A stretch of 64,000 nt of DNA from an uncultured bacterium. GTDB lineage: Bacteria > Krumholzibacteriota > Krumholzibacteriia > Krumholzibacteriales > Krumholzibacteriaceae. Shown one piece after another: positions 1 through 9,400 of the stretch. The notes beneath the pieces are model-generated. The model did not search any database and had not been told where the DNA came from. It worked only from the letters and a program-made list of their open reading frames with translations. The stretch spans positions 384,001-448,000 of the forward strand of contig CAWBAN010000001.1 of the NCBI GenBank assembly GCA_963786935.1, given 5' to 3'. Position 1 is the first letter of the stretch, and each line of letters opens with the position of its first letter. A program made the translations under genes and the position numbers.

Positions 1-548
1 CCACCATGGAGATGGCCGAGGCGCTCGATTCCGGCCCGATCTATCTGCAACGGATCGTCGGCATCGATCCGGCGGAAGACGCGGGCGCGCTCTCGGAGCG
101 GCTCGCCGTTGCGGGGGCTCCGCTCCTCGTCGAGACGCTCCGGCGGATCGCGCGCGAGGGGCTGCGGCCGACGCCGCAGCCGGCCGACGGCGTCGTCACG
201 GCCGCCCGCCTGCGCAAGGAGGACGGGCTCGTGCCGTGGGAGCGCGACGCCGTCGCGGTGCACAACCACATCCGGGGGATGAATCCGTGGCCGGGGAGCT
301 TCTGCCGGTGCCGCGGCGCGTCCCTGAAGATTCACTGCTCGGAGCCGCGCGATCTCGTCCCGCGCGGGGCGGCGCCGGGCACGATTCTCGAGGCGCGGGG
401 GGACACGATTCTCGTCGCGTGCGGGCGGGGCGCGGTGCGCCTTCTCGCGCTGCAGGCCGAGGGCAGGCGCGCGCTGGCGGCGGCGGATTTTCTCCGCGGA
501 TTCGCGCTCGAGAGGGGGGAGATCCTTGGCGGGCGGGCCGATCGATAG
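1..548 (+). CDS. fmt: Methionyl-tRNA formyltransferase, 5'-truncated by window edge
   Basis: LDSGPI and HNHIRGMNPWPG motifs, C-terminal VACGRG...LQAEGRR..AADFLRG; fmt-PASTA-rpe context. Confidence 0.93.
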   Translation, partial: TMEMAEALDSGPIYLQRIVGIDPAEDAGALSERLAVAGAPLLVETLRRIAREGLRPTPQPADGVVTAARLRKEDGLVPWERDAVAVHNHIRGMNPWPGSFCRCRGASLKIHCSEPRDLVPRGAAPGTILEARGDTILVACGRGAVRLLALQAEGRRALAAADFLRGFALERGEILGGRADR

Positions 549-1290
549 GATTCGGAATCGCCAGTACCCGGCGGTTCTGCTCTATCTGCTCCTGATCGTC
601 GCGGCCTTTTTCGCGGGCGTCGTGATCTTCGATCTCATCATCATGCCGCGAGTCGTGGGGCGCGGGGACGTCGAGAGCGCCCCCGCCATCGAAGGGATAA
701 GCCTGAAGCAGGCGGAGGAGGTCTGCCGCAAGGAGCGGCTCGAGATTTCCGTCTCGGGCTATCGGAGCTCCGACGAGGTTCCGGAGGGCTACGTCATCGC
801 GCAGGAGCCGCGTCAGGGGCAGCGCGTCAAGCGGGGGAGAGCGATCAAGGTCGCCGTGAGCTCGGGGCGCCGGATGGAGATCGTTCCGGGCTTCGCCGGG
901 AAGACGCTTCGCGAGGCCGAGGTGCTCGTCTCGAGCGCCGGGCTCGCGAAGGGGCGCGTCGTGCGCGTCTTCGCCCCCGGCGAGGGGCAGCCCACCGTGC
1001 TCGCGACGAGCCCCGCGGCCGGCTCGAAGATCCCGCGCGGCGCCTCCGTCGACATCCTGCTCGCGATGCACGAGGAGCCGAAGGCCTACGTCATGCCCGA
1101 TCTCGTCGGAAGGGATTTCCCGTTCGTCAAGGACCGGCTCGAGCGCCTCGGGTTCAACGTCGTGCACGCCGCCTCGCGGCGGCGCGGCGAGGGGAGATTT
1201 CCGAACGCGATACTCTCGCAGGCTCCCCCGGCGGGGGCGAAGATCAGGGAAGGAGACACCATTGAGCTCGTCGTTTCATCGCTTGAATGA
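526..1290 (+). CDS. Membrane-anchored PASTA-domain protein (three PASTA repeats, no kinase domain)
   Basis: N-terminal TM helix, then repeats such as P.IEG.SL..A, VPGFAGKTLREA, MPDLVG and VIAQEP/ILSQAP. Confidence 0.85.
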   Translation: MAGGPIDRIRNRQYPAVLLYLLLIVAAFFAGVVIFDLIIMPRVVGRGDVESAPAIEGISLKQAEEVCRKERLEISVSGYRSSDEVPEGYVIAQEPRQGQRVKRGRAIKVAVSSGRRMEIVPGFAGKTLREAEVLVSSAGLAKGRVVRVFAPGEGQPTVLATSPAAGSKIPRGASVDILLAMHEEPKAYVMPDLVGRDFPFVKDRLERLGFNVVHAASRRRGEGRFPNAILSQAPPAGAKIREGDTIELVVSSLE

Positions 1291-1948
1291 GGAGGGGCGC
1301 ACGGCCGTCGCGCCGTCGCTCCTCTCGGCCGATTTCTCGTGCCTCGAGCGGGAGATCCGCAGGGCGGAGGACGCGGGCGCGGACTTTCTCCATCTCGACG
1401 TCATGGACGGCGATTTCGTCCCCAACATCACCTTCGGCCCGATGATCGTCGAGGCGATCGCGCGGATCGCCCGCGTTCCGCTCATCACGCACCTCATGAT
1501 CTCGAATCCGGGGAAGTACGCCGAGCAGTTCGTGAAGGCGGGAAGCGCGGCCGTGAGCTTCCACTGGGAGGCGCTCGGCGCGGGGCACGAGGAGGTCATC
1601 GCGAATATCCGCGCGCGCGGCTGCGCGGCCGGCATCGCGATCAATCCCGACACGCCGCTCTCCGCGATCGAGCACCTGCTGAGCGATATCGATCTGCTCC
1701 TCGTCATGACCGTGTTCCCGGGCTTCGGCGGGCAGGAGCTTATCGCCGGCGCGATCTCGAAGATCGGCGAGGCGAGGCGCGCGAGGGACGAGAAGGGCTA
1801 CCGCTTCGTCATCGAGGTGGACGGCGGGATCAAGCCGTCGAACGCCTCGCGGGTGCGCGAGCAAGGCGCGCAGATCATCGTGGCGGGCACGGCGGTTTTC
1901 AAGTGCCCCGATTACGCGGAAGCGATCCGGACGATCCGCGGATCGTGA
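1262..1948 (+). CDS. rpe: Ribulose-phosphate 3-epimerase (true start may be TTG at 1283)
   Basis: APSLLSADF, HLDVMDG.FVPNITFG, MTV.PGFGGQ, EVDGGI motifs. Confidence 0.95.
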   Translation: MSSSFHRLNEEGRTAVAPSLLSADFSCLEREIRRAEDAGADFLHLDVMDGDFVPNITFGPMIVEAIARIARVPLITHLMISNPGKYAEQFVKAGSAAVSFHWEALGAGHEEVIANIRARGCAAGIAINPDTPLSAIEHLLSDIDLLLVMTVFPGFGGQELIAGAISKIGEARRARDEKGYRFVIEVDGGIKPSNASRVREQGAQIIVAGTAVFKCPDYAEAIRTIRGS

Positions 1949-2064
1949 TCGTGCCCCGGCACGCGGAGCGGCCCCGCCCCCGGCGCCCAAGAGCTTGATT
2001 TCCCTTGCACATTGCCGAAAAATTATGTTAGTTTAACTATTTTCCGGGCACGGGATGGGCGCAT

Positions 2065-3387
2065 TTGTTCCAAGACCTGAGCGATAAATTCGCGCACATT
2101 TTCAAGGAGCTGCGCGGGCAGGGGAAGGTCCGGGAGGGGCATATCGCGGAGGCCATGCGGGAAGTCCGGCGAGCCCTGCTCGAGGCAGACGTTAACTATA
2201 AGGTAGTCAAGGAGTTCGTCGGTCGGGTCGGCGAGCGCGCCGTCGGGCAGAAGGTGCTCGACAGCTTGACTCCCGACCAGCAGATAATCAAGATCGTCCA
2301 CGAGGAGCTCGTCACGCTTCTCGGGACGAAGCCGGTAAGCTTCAATCTCTCCGGATCCCCCGCCCCCGTCATGATCGTGGGGCTTCAGGGATCGGGGAAG
2401 ACGAGCTTCGCGGCGAAGCTCGCGGTTTTCGCGCGCAAGAAGGGGCGCCGGCCGCTCCTCGTCGCCGCCGATATATACCGGCCCGCCGCGATCGAGCAGC
2501 TCCGGGTGCTCGCGCGGCAGATCGACGTTCCGATCCACGCGCCGGGCGCCGACGTGCCGGTCGTGGAGATCGCGGAGAGCGCGCTGCGGGTCGCGAGGAA
2601 GGACCTCTGCGACACGGTCATCGTCGACACCGCGGGGCGGCTCCACATCGACCGGGAAATGATGGCGGAGCTCGGCTCCGTCAAGAAGGTTCTGGCACCG
2701 GAGGAGACGCTCCTCGTCCTCGACAGCATGACCGGCCAGGAAGCCGTTCGAGTCGCCGAGGAGTTCGCGCGGGAGGTCGATATCACCGGCGTGGTCCTCA
2801 CGAAGCTCGACGGGGACACGCGCGGCGGGGCGGCCTTGTCGGTCGCGAGCGTCACCGGCAAGCCGATCAAGTTCGCCTGCGTCGGCGAGAAGGTCGATGA
2901 CCTGGAGGCCTTCTACCCCGACCGGATGGCGAGCAGGATCCTGGGGATGGGGGACGTGCTGTCGCTCATCGAAAGAGCCCAGGATACGATCGACGCGAAG
3001 ACGGCCCAGGAACTCGAGCGCAAGCTCCGGAGGGAGTCGTTTACCCTCGAAGATTTCCTCGGGGAGCTGCAGCGCCTGAGAAAAATGGGCCCGCTCGATC
3101 AGGTCCTCGGGATGATACCCGGGGTGAAGATCCGCGGAGTCGCGGGGGGGGACGCCGGAGAGCGGGAGCTCAAGAGGATCGAGGCGATCATTCGATCGAT
3201 GACTCCCGAGGAACGGCGCGACCCGGCCATCATCGACGGATCGCGGCGGCGCCGCATCGCTGCCGGCAGCGGAACTGCCGTGCAGGATGTGAACCGTCTC
3301 CTGAACCAGTTTCAGGAAATGCGGAAGATGATGAAGCGTTTCTCGAAAATGGCGGGCAAGATGCCGTTCAATCTCCCGCCGTCGTAA
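2065..3387 (+). CDS. ffh: Signal recognition particle protein Ffh
   Basis: ALLEADV, GLQGSGKT, DTAGR, TKLDGD.RGG, RILGMGD and Met-rich M domain. Confidence 0.97.
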   Translation: MFQDLSDKFAHIFKELRGQGKVREGHIAEAMREVRRALLEADVNYKVVKEFVGRVGERAVGQKVLDSLTPDQQIIKIVHEELVTLLGTKPVSFNLSGSPAPVMIVGLQGSGKTSFAAKLAVFARKKGRRPLLVAADIYRPAAIEQLRVLARQIDVPIHAPGADVPVVEIAESALRVARKDLCDTVIVDTAGRLHIDREMMAELGSVKKVLAPEETLLVLDSMTGQEAVRVAEEFAREVDITGVVLTKLDGDTRGGAALSVASVTGKPIKFACVGEKVDDLEAFYPDRMASRILGMGDVLSLIERAQDTIDAKTAQELERKLRRESFTLEDFLGELQRLRKMGPLDQVLGMIPGVKIRGVAGGDAGERELKRIEAIIRSMTPEERRDPAIIDGSRRRRIAAGSGTAVQDVNRLLNQFQEMRKMMKRFSKMAGKMPFNLPPS

Positions 3388-3414
3388 CGAACGGGTTCTA
3401 CACGGAGGTACACG

Positions 3415-3855
3415 TTGTCGGTAAAGATCAGAATGCGGCGCATGGGCACGAAGAAGCGGCCCTTCTGGCGGATCGTCGCCATCGATTCCCGCAGCTCGCG
3501 GGACGGCAGGTTCATCGAGATTCTCGGCCATTACAATCCGATGGTCGAGCCGCCCGAGATCAAGGTCGACGACGACCGGATCTACTACTGGCTCGATAAG
3601 GGCGCGCTGCCGTCCGAGAAGGTGGGCATCATCCTGAAGAAGCTCGGGCTCATGGAGCGGTGGCGGATCCTGCGCACGGGCGCCACGATCCAGGAGGTCG
3701 AGACGAAGATCGCCGAGCGGCGGCTGAAGCAGCCGAAGGCAGTCGAGGGAAAGACGAAGAAGCAGCGGCCGGGAAAGAAGAAAGCGGCGAAGGCCGCGGC
3801 GGCGGCGAAGGCGGCCGAGGCCGCGCCCGAAGCGTCCGCCCCGAAAGAAGGGTAA
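3415..3855 (+). CDS. rpsP: 30S ribosomal protein S16 with Lys/Ala-rich C-terminal extension
   Basis: VKIRMRRMGTKKRPFWRIVAIDSR..RDGRFIE.LG.YNP; canonical ffh-rpsP-rimM-trmD-rplS order. Confidence 0.96.
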   Translation: MSVKIRMRRMGTKKRPFWRIVAIDSRSSRDGRFIEILGHYNPMVEPPEIKVDDDRIYYWLDKGALPSEKVGIILKKLGLMERWRILRTGATIQEVETKIAERRLKQPKAVEGKTKKQRPGKKKAAKAAAAAKAAEAAPEASAPKEG

Positions 3856-3858
3856 GCC

Positions 3859-4104
3859 ATGAGTGTCTCGAAGATAAAGACGATGATCCGGAAGATATCC
3901 GAGATGCTCGTCGACAAGCCCGACAAGATCGTCATCGAGGAAGAGAAGCGGGACGACACGCACATCATCGTGCTCTCGGTCGCCAAGGACGACGTCGGCA
4001 AGATCATCGGGCGAAGCGGCCAGACGGCGAAGGCGCTGCGCGCGCTCGTCAACGCCGCGGCGACGCGCCTCGGCCAGAAGGTGTTGCTCGAGATTCGCGA
4101 ATAA
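3859..4104 (+). CDS. khpA: KH-domain RNA-binding protein (KhpA/YlqC family)
   Basis: LVDKPD...DVGKIIGRSGQTAKALR GxxG loop; position after rpsP. Confidence 0.9.
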   Translation: MSVSKIKTMIRKISEMLVDKPDKIVIEEEKRDDTHIIVLSVAKDDVGKIIGRSGQTAKALRALVNAAATRLGQKVLLEIRE

Positions 4105-4116
4105 GGATTATGGGGA

Positions 4117-4638
4117 ATGACCGACACGGCGATTCTGGGCAGAATCGTGAAAGCGGTGGGCCTCAAGGGAGAGGTGAAGCTCTACCCGTCCCCCGATTTC
4201 TGGCTCGAGGCGCTCGATGCCGACGCGCTCGAAGTGCTCCTCGACGACGCCGTGCTGCGGACGGTGCGGGTCTCGCGCTCGCGCCCCAAGGGAGAGACCT
4301 ATATCCTCAAGCTCGAGGGGATCGATACGATCGAGGCGGCCGAACCGCTCGTCGGCTCGAGCCTCGCGCTCTCGCTGGCCGCGCTCGACGGCGCCTCGCC
4401 GCCCGCTGAGCTGCTCCCGTGCCAGCTGATCGGTCTCGACGCCGTGCTCGCGGACGGCGCCCCGTTCGGCGTCGTCGTCGACATGCTCCTCGGCGCCGCG
4501 CAGGACTGTCTCATCATCGAGCGCGAGGGGGAGCGGTATCTCGTTCCGAACGTGCCGGCGATCGTCCGGCGGATTTCGATCGAAGAGGGAATCATCGAGA
4601 TCGATCCCCCCGAGGGGCTTCTCGACCTGAGGTGGTAG
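4117..4638 (+). CDS. rimM: 16S rRNA processing protein RimM
   Basis: LGRIVKAVGLKGEVK N-terminus, C-terminal IDPPEGLLD; operon position. Confidence 0.93.
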   Translation: MTDTAILGRIVKAVGLKGEVKLYPSPDFWLEALDADALEVLLDDAVLRTVRVSRSRPKGETYILKLEGIDTIEAAEPLVGSSLALSLAALDGASPPAELLPCQLIGLDAVLADGAPFGVVVDMLLGAAQDCLIIEREGERYLVPNVPAIVRRISIEEGIIEIDPPEGLLDLRW

Positions 4639-4650
4639 GTCCGGGCCGGT

Positions 4651-5364
4651 ATGGACATCTATTTTCTGACGATCTTTCCGGATATGTTCCGGGAGCCGCT
4701 CGCCGCGGGGATGACGGGCGTCGCCGAGAAAAGCGGAGCGGCGCGCTACCACGTCGTGAACCTGCGCGATTTCGCGGAGGACCGATACGGCAGCGTCGAC
4801 GATTACCCGTACGGGGGCGGGCCGGGAATGATCCTCATGGCGCCGCCGATCCTCAAAGCGGTCGAATCGGTCCGATCGGCAGACGAGGGGGAAGACGCCC
4901 CGGTGATACTCCTCTCGCCGTGCGGACCGGTGTTCGACCAGGCGAAGGCGAACGAGCTCGCGGCGAAGAAGAAGCTCGTGTTCATCTGCGGGCGCTACAA
5001 GGGAGTCGACGAGCGGGTCCGCGATCTCGTCGTCACGGAGAGCATCTCGATCGGCGACTACATCCTGAGCGGCGGCGAGCTCGCCGCGCTCGTCGTCGCC
5101 GATTCGGTCGTCCGCCGTCTCCCCGGCGTGCTCGGCGACGAGCGCTCGGGGGAGTCGGACTCGTTCACCGCCGAACGGGAATTCTGTCTCGACGCGGCCT
5201 ATTACACGAGGCCGCCCGAGTATCGGGGGCTCGTGGTGCCCGAGGTGCTCATCTCGGGAAACCACGCGCGGATAGATCAGTGGCGGGTGGAATCGGCGCG
5301 CGAACGCACGCGGCGGTTCAGGCCCGATCTGTTGCTCAAGGCAGGCAAACAAGGAACGAATTGA
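4651..5364 (+). CDS. trmD: tRNA (guanine37-N1)-methyltransferase
   Basis: [46 protein letters not shown] motifs. Confidence 0.97.
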   Translation: MDIYFLTIFPDMFREPLAAGMTGVAEKSGAARYHVVNLRDFAEDRYGSVDDYPYGGGPGMILMAPPILKAVESVRSADEGEDAPVILLSPCGPVFDQAKANELAAKKKLVFICGRYKGVDERVRDLVVTESISIGDYILSGGELAALVVADSVVRRLPGVLGDERSGESDSFTAEREFCLDAAYYTRPPEYRGLVVPEVLISGNHARIDQWRVESARERTRRFRPDLLLKAGKQGTN

Positions 5365-5374
5365 AGGAGGAACC

Positions 5375-5731
5375 ATGGATATCCTCGATCAGATCGCAGC
5401 GAAACGAATGAAGGAGTCGACGAGCGAGTTCGCGGTCGGCGACACGGTGCGCGTCGATATCAGGGTCGTCGAAGGGGACCGGGAGCGCGTGCAGGCGTTT
5501 CAGGGAACGGTCATGCAGCGGCGCGGCTCGGGCCTCGGCGAGACGTTCACCGTTCGCAAGGTGAGCTCGGGCGTCGGCGTGGAGCGCATTTTCCCGCTCC
5601 ATTCGCCCAACGTCACCGCCATCCGCGTCCTGCGCAAGGGCAAGGTGCGGCGCGCGAAGCTCTTCTACCTGCGGGAGCTCAAGGGCAAAGCGGCGCGCAT
5701 CGCCGAGAGGATGGACAAGGTCGAGGAATGA
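5375..5731 (+). CDS. rplS: 50S ribosomal protein L19
   Basis: GDTVRV...[23 protein letters not shown]...[12 protein letters not shown]. Confidence 0.97.
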   Translation: MDILDQIAAKRMKESTSEFAVGDTVRVDIRVVEGDRERVQAFQGTVMQRRGSGLGETFTVRKVSSGVGVERIFPLHSPNVTAIRVLRKGKVRRAKLFYLRELKGKAARIAERMDKVEE

Positions 5732-6348
5732 CGGTCGGCCGCCGGATCGCGTTCGAGGAACTGGTCCGGTTCGACGGCGCGCTCCGCGTTCCGCAGGCCG
5801 CCCTCGTCGCCGGCGTCGACGAGGCGGGGAGGGGAGCGCTCGCCGGCCCGGTGGTCGCGGCGGCGGTCATCTGCGAGCCGTGCGGCGAGCTGTGCGGGGT
5901 TCGCGATTCGAAGCTCGTGGGCGAGCGCGAGCGGGAGCGGCTCTTCGAGCGCATTCTCGAGCGGTGCCTCTGTCACGGCGTCGGGATCGTGGAAGCCGGC
6001 GAGATCGACCGCATCAACATCCTCAGGGCCACGCTCAAGGCGATGAAGATCGCCGTCGAGTCGCTCGGCGCTTCCCCCGATCTCGTGCTCGTCGACGGGA
6101 ACCGTCTCCCCGACCTGGCGGTCCCCGCGGTGGCGATCATCGGGGGGGACGCGAGGAGCTTTTCGATCGCCGCGGCGTCGATCGTGGCGAAGGTCACGCG
6201 GGATCGGATCATGCGGGAGAGCGCCGACGTCTTCCGCGGATACGGCTGGCGGGAGAACAAGGGATACGGCACGGCGCAGCACCGCGAGGCGATCGGAAGG
6301 CTGGGCCGGACCGAGTTTCACCGGAGGAGCTTCAGGACGGGCGCATGA
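5728..6348 (+). CDS. rnhB: Ribonuclease HII
   Basis: [48 protein letters not shown]. Confidence 0.96.
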   Translation: MTVGRRIAFEELVRFDGALRVPQAALVAGVDEAGRGALAGPVVAAAVICEPCGELCGVRDSKLVGERERERLFERILERCLCHGVGIVEAGEIDRINILRATLKAMKIAVESLGASPDLVLVDGNRLPDLAVPAVAIIGGDARSFSIAAASIVAKVTRDRIMRESADVFRGYGWRENKGYGTAQHREAIGRLGRTEFHRRSFRTGA

Positions 6349-6749
6349 GCCTCGGGGCGCCGGAGCAGGGGGTGGCGGCGGTGGTGGAGCGGAACGAGTC
6401 TCCCGGAGCGCTCGGCGAACGGATCGCGGCGCTCTATCTGCAGCTCGGCGGCTGCGAGATTCTCGAACGGAACTTCAGATTCGAGCACCTCGAGATCGAT
6501 CTCATCGTCCGGGACGGCCCGTGCGTCGCCTTCGTCGAGGTGAAGACCCGCCGGAGCCCCGCGTTCGGGGAGGCGGTCGAGGCGGTGAGCCGCGAGAAGC
6601 TGCGGAACATCAGGCGCGCCGCGCGGATGTTCCTGCTCTCCGCGCCGCCGGAGCGCCGGGCGAGCGAGTACCGGTTCGATCTCGTCGCGCTCGACTGCGA
6701 GTGGGGGAGCGGGCGGATGCGGCTGAGACACATCCGTGGCATCGGGTAG
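6345..6749 (+). CDS. yraN: YraN/UPF0102 family endonuclease-like protein
   Basis: GE.IA..YL...ILERNFR...EIDLI...FVEVKTR...RFD; ATG overlaps rnhB stop. Confidence 0.9.
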   Translation: MSLGAPEQGVAAVVERNESPGALGERIAALYLQLGGCEILERNFRFEHLEIDLIVRDGPCVAFVEVKTRRSPAFGEAVEAVSREKLRNIRRAARMFLLSAPPERRASEYRFDLVALDCEWGSGRMRLRHIRGIG

Positions 6750-6833
6750 AAAATGGCTTGATTTATCCCGTCGATCGCTCTATTTTACATGGGTATCGGT
6801 AACCCGAGATCGTTGAAGGAGGAGTTTGCGGCA

Positions 6834-7436
6834 ATGGCAACGAGATATTCGATGCTGGCTCTCTTGTTCGTATTCGTCTTCGCCGGCTGCGGCGTCACCG
6901 ACAAGGTCGTCAAAGACATACCGGTGCAGGACATGGACAAGCTCAACGAGAATTACGTCGGCAAAGATGCGTGGACGAGAGCGCTGCTCATCGATCTCGG
7001 GCCCGAGGGAGTCATCGATCGCGATACGAAGGTGAAGCTCGTCTCGCTCGATCTGCACTGGACCGGCTCCATCACCGTCAAGGGTCCGAACAAACGCAAC
7101 ATCACGCACGGGCTCGGGCTCGAGCGTCCGCTCACGATGGCCGCCGTCGAGGAGAAGCTCAACAGGCTCTTTTACTTCACCGATCCGGAATACCGCTACC
7201 GCATGAACCTCCGCAGCTACGGCAAGAAGACGGCGAAGGCGATTTTCGACCGTCAGCTTTTCAAGGGCATGAAACGAGAGGCCGCCATCGAGTCGTGGGG
7301 GTATCCCGACGAGATGAAGAGCGTCGATCTCTCCGGTCAGCTCGAAGAGCAGTGGATCTACAAGGATGTCCGCCAGAAGACCAAGAAGCGCTACGTCTAC
7401 ATCAGAGACGCGCAAGTGGATAACTGGGAAGAATAG
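6834..7436 (+). CDS. Hypothetical lipoprotein with SmpA/BamE-like C-terminal motif
   Basis: Signal peptide ending in FAGC lipobox, GGAGG RBS; GM.RE..IESWGYPD...EQWIY motif. Confidence 0.7.
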   Translation: MATRYSMLALLFVFVFAGCGVTDKVVKDIPVQDMDKLNENYVGKDAWTRALLIDLGPEGVIDRDTKVKLVSLDLHWTGSITVKGPNKRNITHGLGLERPLTMAAVEEKLNRLFYFTDPEYRYRMNLRSYGKKTAKAIFDRQLFKGMKREAAIESWGYPDEMKSVDLSGQLEEQWIYKDVRQKTKKRYVYIRDAQVDNWEE

Positions 7437-7503
7437 CCCGGCATCCCGCCGTCCGCCGCCGATATCCCGTTCGAACGATCGATCCGAGCGCCGCTTCCGG
7501 GGC

Positions 7504-7624
7504 AAAAAAAAGTCCCCGCCGGAACGTGGGGAGCACTCTTGGGACGCATCTCTTGATTCAAGAGCTGAGCCCGCGGTTATTTTAATCCAAGAACGCTCGC
7601 CTCACTGGTTCGGCAGGGACCTCT
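7504..7624 (-). ncRNA. Unassigned structured small RNA (~115 nt), possibly a compact 6S-like RNA
   Basis: 5' GTCCCTGCCG..GAGCGTTCTTGG pairs with 3' CCAAGAGTGCTC..CGGCGGGGAC; AU-rich bubble; apical CTCTTG/CAAGAG hairpin; T8 tail; own promoter. Confidence 0.7.
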
Positions 7625-7630
7625 ATTTCA

Positions 7631-7659
7631 AGTATAGTCCCGTTTCATTTTCCTGTCAA
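7631..7659 (-). promoter_or_regulatory. sigma70-type promoter TTGACA-N17-TATACT upstream of the small RNA
   Basis: Minus strand TTGACA (7659-7654), 17-nt spacer, TATACT (7636-7631). Confidence 0.85.
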
Positions 7660-8652
7660 TGACGCGCCTCGTTTTATCGGGTCTTTTCCGCCGTCGCCCC
7701 CGCCGTTTCTCCCCTGATTGCTCTGCGTGAGGTAGAGGCCGAAGAGCACGAGCGCGGCCCCGAACACGAAGAATCCCGTTATCGATTCGTTGAAGAAGAG
7801 ACTCCCGAAAAGCGCCGCGAAGGGGGGGTTGAGGTACACGAACGAGGCCACCGAGGTCGCGGGCATCGACTTGAGCGCGGCGAACCAGATCCAGAATCCC
7901 ACGAGCGTGCAGAGCACGGTCAGATGGGCGAGCGCGATCCAGTGCATCGGGGAGAAGGAGCCGAGGGCGTCGAGGAACGGCCGGCCCGCCGCGGAAAGAA
8001 AGGGGAGGGTCCCGATGATGATCGTCAGGTAGGTCACGGTCAGGGCCGATGTCTTCGCGAGGACGTTCTTTCCCACGATCGTGTAGATCGTCCAGCAGAG
8101 CGGGGCGAGCGCCGTGATGAGGACGTAGCGGAGCTCGGCGTGGGATACTCCGGTGACCCGGCCGAGACCGACCCTCCCCCAGCGCACGACGACGTAGAGC
8201 CCCGCGAAGGCGATGAGAATGCCGAGCGTCCGCCGCCAGGGCACCCGTTCCTTGAGAAAGACGATGGCCCCGAGCAGGGTGAAGAGCGGAGCGAGGGTGG
8301 TGATCAGCGCCGCGGCGCCCGGCTTGATCTCGCTCTGCCCGATGTAGAGGAAGAAATTGTAGCCGGCGATCCCCGTGAGCCCCATCACGATGAGCCGCAG
8401 CGGGGCCCGTTTCAGGGCCGCCGCGCTCTCCCGGCGCGCGCCGGGCACGGCGAGCAGGTAGGCGAGGCAGAATACTGCCGCGGGGAGGAACCGGGCGAGA
8501 ACGAGCTGCATCGGGGTCATGACCTCTCGGAGGTACTTGATCGCGGTGAACGCGTTCGACCAGATCACGAACAGGAGCACGAGGAGCACCCGCACGGCGA
8601 TGCCGGAGAGGTGCGCCGGATCCCGTTCCGATGCGTTCGCTGAAGCAGTCAT
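7645..8652 (-). CDS. EamA/DMT family transporter
   Basis: About 10 TM helices in two repeats; IWS..F.AIK, LARF, FLKERV, YLNPPFAALFG.LF..E. Confidence 0.9.
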   Translation of the reverse strand: MTASANASERDPAHLSGIAVRVLLVLLFVIWSNAFTAIKYLREVMTPMQLVLARFLPAAVFCLAYLLAVPGARRESAAALKRAPLRLIVMGLTGIAGYNFFLYIGQSEIKPGAAALITTLAPLFTLLGAIVFLKERVPWRRTLGILIAFAGLYVVVRWGRVGLGRVTGVSHAELRYVLITALAPLCWTIYTIVGKNVLAKTSALTVTYLTIIIGTLPFLSAAGRPFLDALGSFSPMHWIALAHLTVLCTLVGFWIWFAALKSMPATSVASFVYLNPPFAALFGSLFFNESITGFFVFGAALVLFGLYLTQSNQGRNGGGDGGKDPIKRGASLTGK

Positions 8653-8783
8653 CGGCAGCCTTTCGAAACGAGGGGTAACGACAAGGAGCGCCTTGAAACC
8701 ATAAGACCGTTTATGGTATAATGAAACGGTGAAGGGCGGCAAGTAAAACAACGCGTGCTGCGCAACAGCGAAAGGATGTGAGG

Positions 8784-9161
8784 ATGATGGCGAAACGCAT
8801 CATTCTGCTCGTGGCGCTGGCGGCCCTTCTCGGCGCCACCGCGATCGAAGCGGTAACCCCCGAAAAGGGGAAAAAGGGCCGTAAGTACTTCCGGCACTCC
8901 TACTACGTCGCCAATCTCCAGAACGACAAGCTCGCCGTGTACGAGGAATACGGCTATCCGATTCATCGTCTCCGCGAGTACGCGTACGGGGAGATCACCG
9001 AGACCTGGACGTATTATGCCGACGGCGTAGAGTTTGTGTTCGATCAGGGTTCCAACCTCCTGCGGACGAGGACCTTCAGACCGGAGAACCGGCGGGAGCG
9101 TTTCGAGGAATTCCCCGGCCTCGGGGACCGGGAGCGCATCGAGCTGTTCCCCGGGTACTGA
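8784..9161 (+). CDS. Small exported hypothetical protein
   Basis: Signal peptide KRIILLVALAALLGATAIEA; YGYP...ETWTYY motif. Confidence 0.7.
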   Translation: MMAKRIILLVALAALLGATAIEAVTPEKGKKGRKYFRHSYYVANLQNDKLAVYEEYGYPIHRLREYAYGEITETWTYYADGVEFVFDQGSNLLRTRTFRPENRRERFEEFPGLGDRERIELFPGY

Positions 9162-9211
9162 TTTGGGATTCGGGTGCGTGAAGCGGGCCGATCACCTCGG
9201 TCCGGAGAAAT

Positions 9212-9244
9212 GGGGGCGCACATCTGTCGTGCCCCCCTTTTCTC
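9212..9244 (+). terminator. Probable intrinsic terminator
   Basis: GGGGGC...GCCCCC stem followed by CTTTTCTC downstream of the 8784-9161 CDS. Confidence 0.5.
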
Positions 9245-9400
9245 TATTTCCATACTTCGGCGCGGTGCGCGCATTCGCAAAAAAATAGTTGAAATATCGA
9301 GCGATAGTTGATATATTCGCGGCGGTTGATGCGCGCGGCGCGCACTTGCAATTGCTTTTAATTGTTGAAGTTATAGAAGGATAAACCTGCGAGGTGGTCA

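Noticed and set aside
3700..3855. Lys/Ala-rich tail of S16 as a novel fusion
   Set aside because: Long low-complexity C-terminal extensions of S16 are well known in several phyla.
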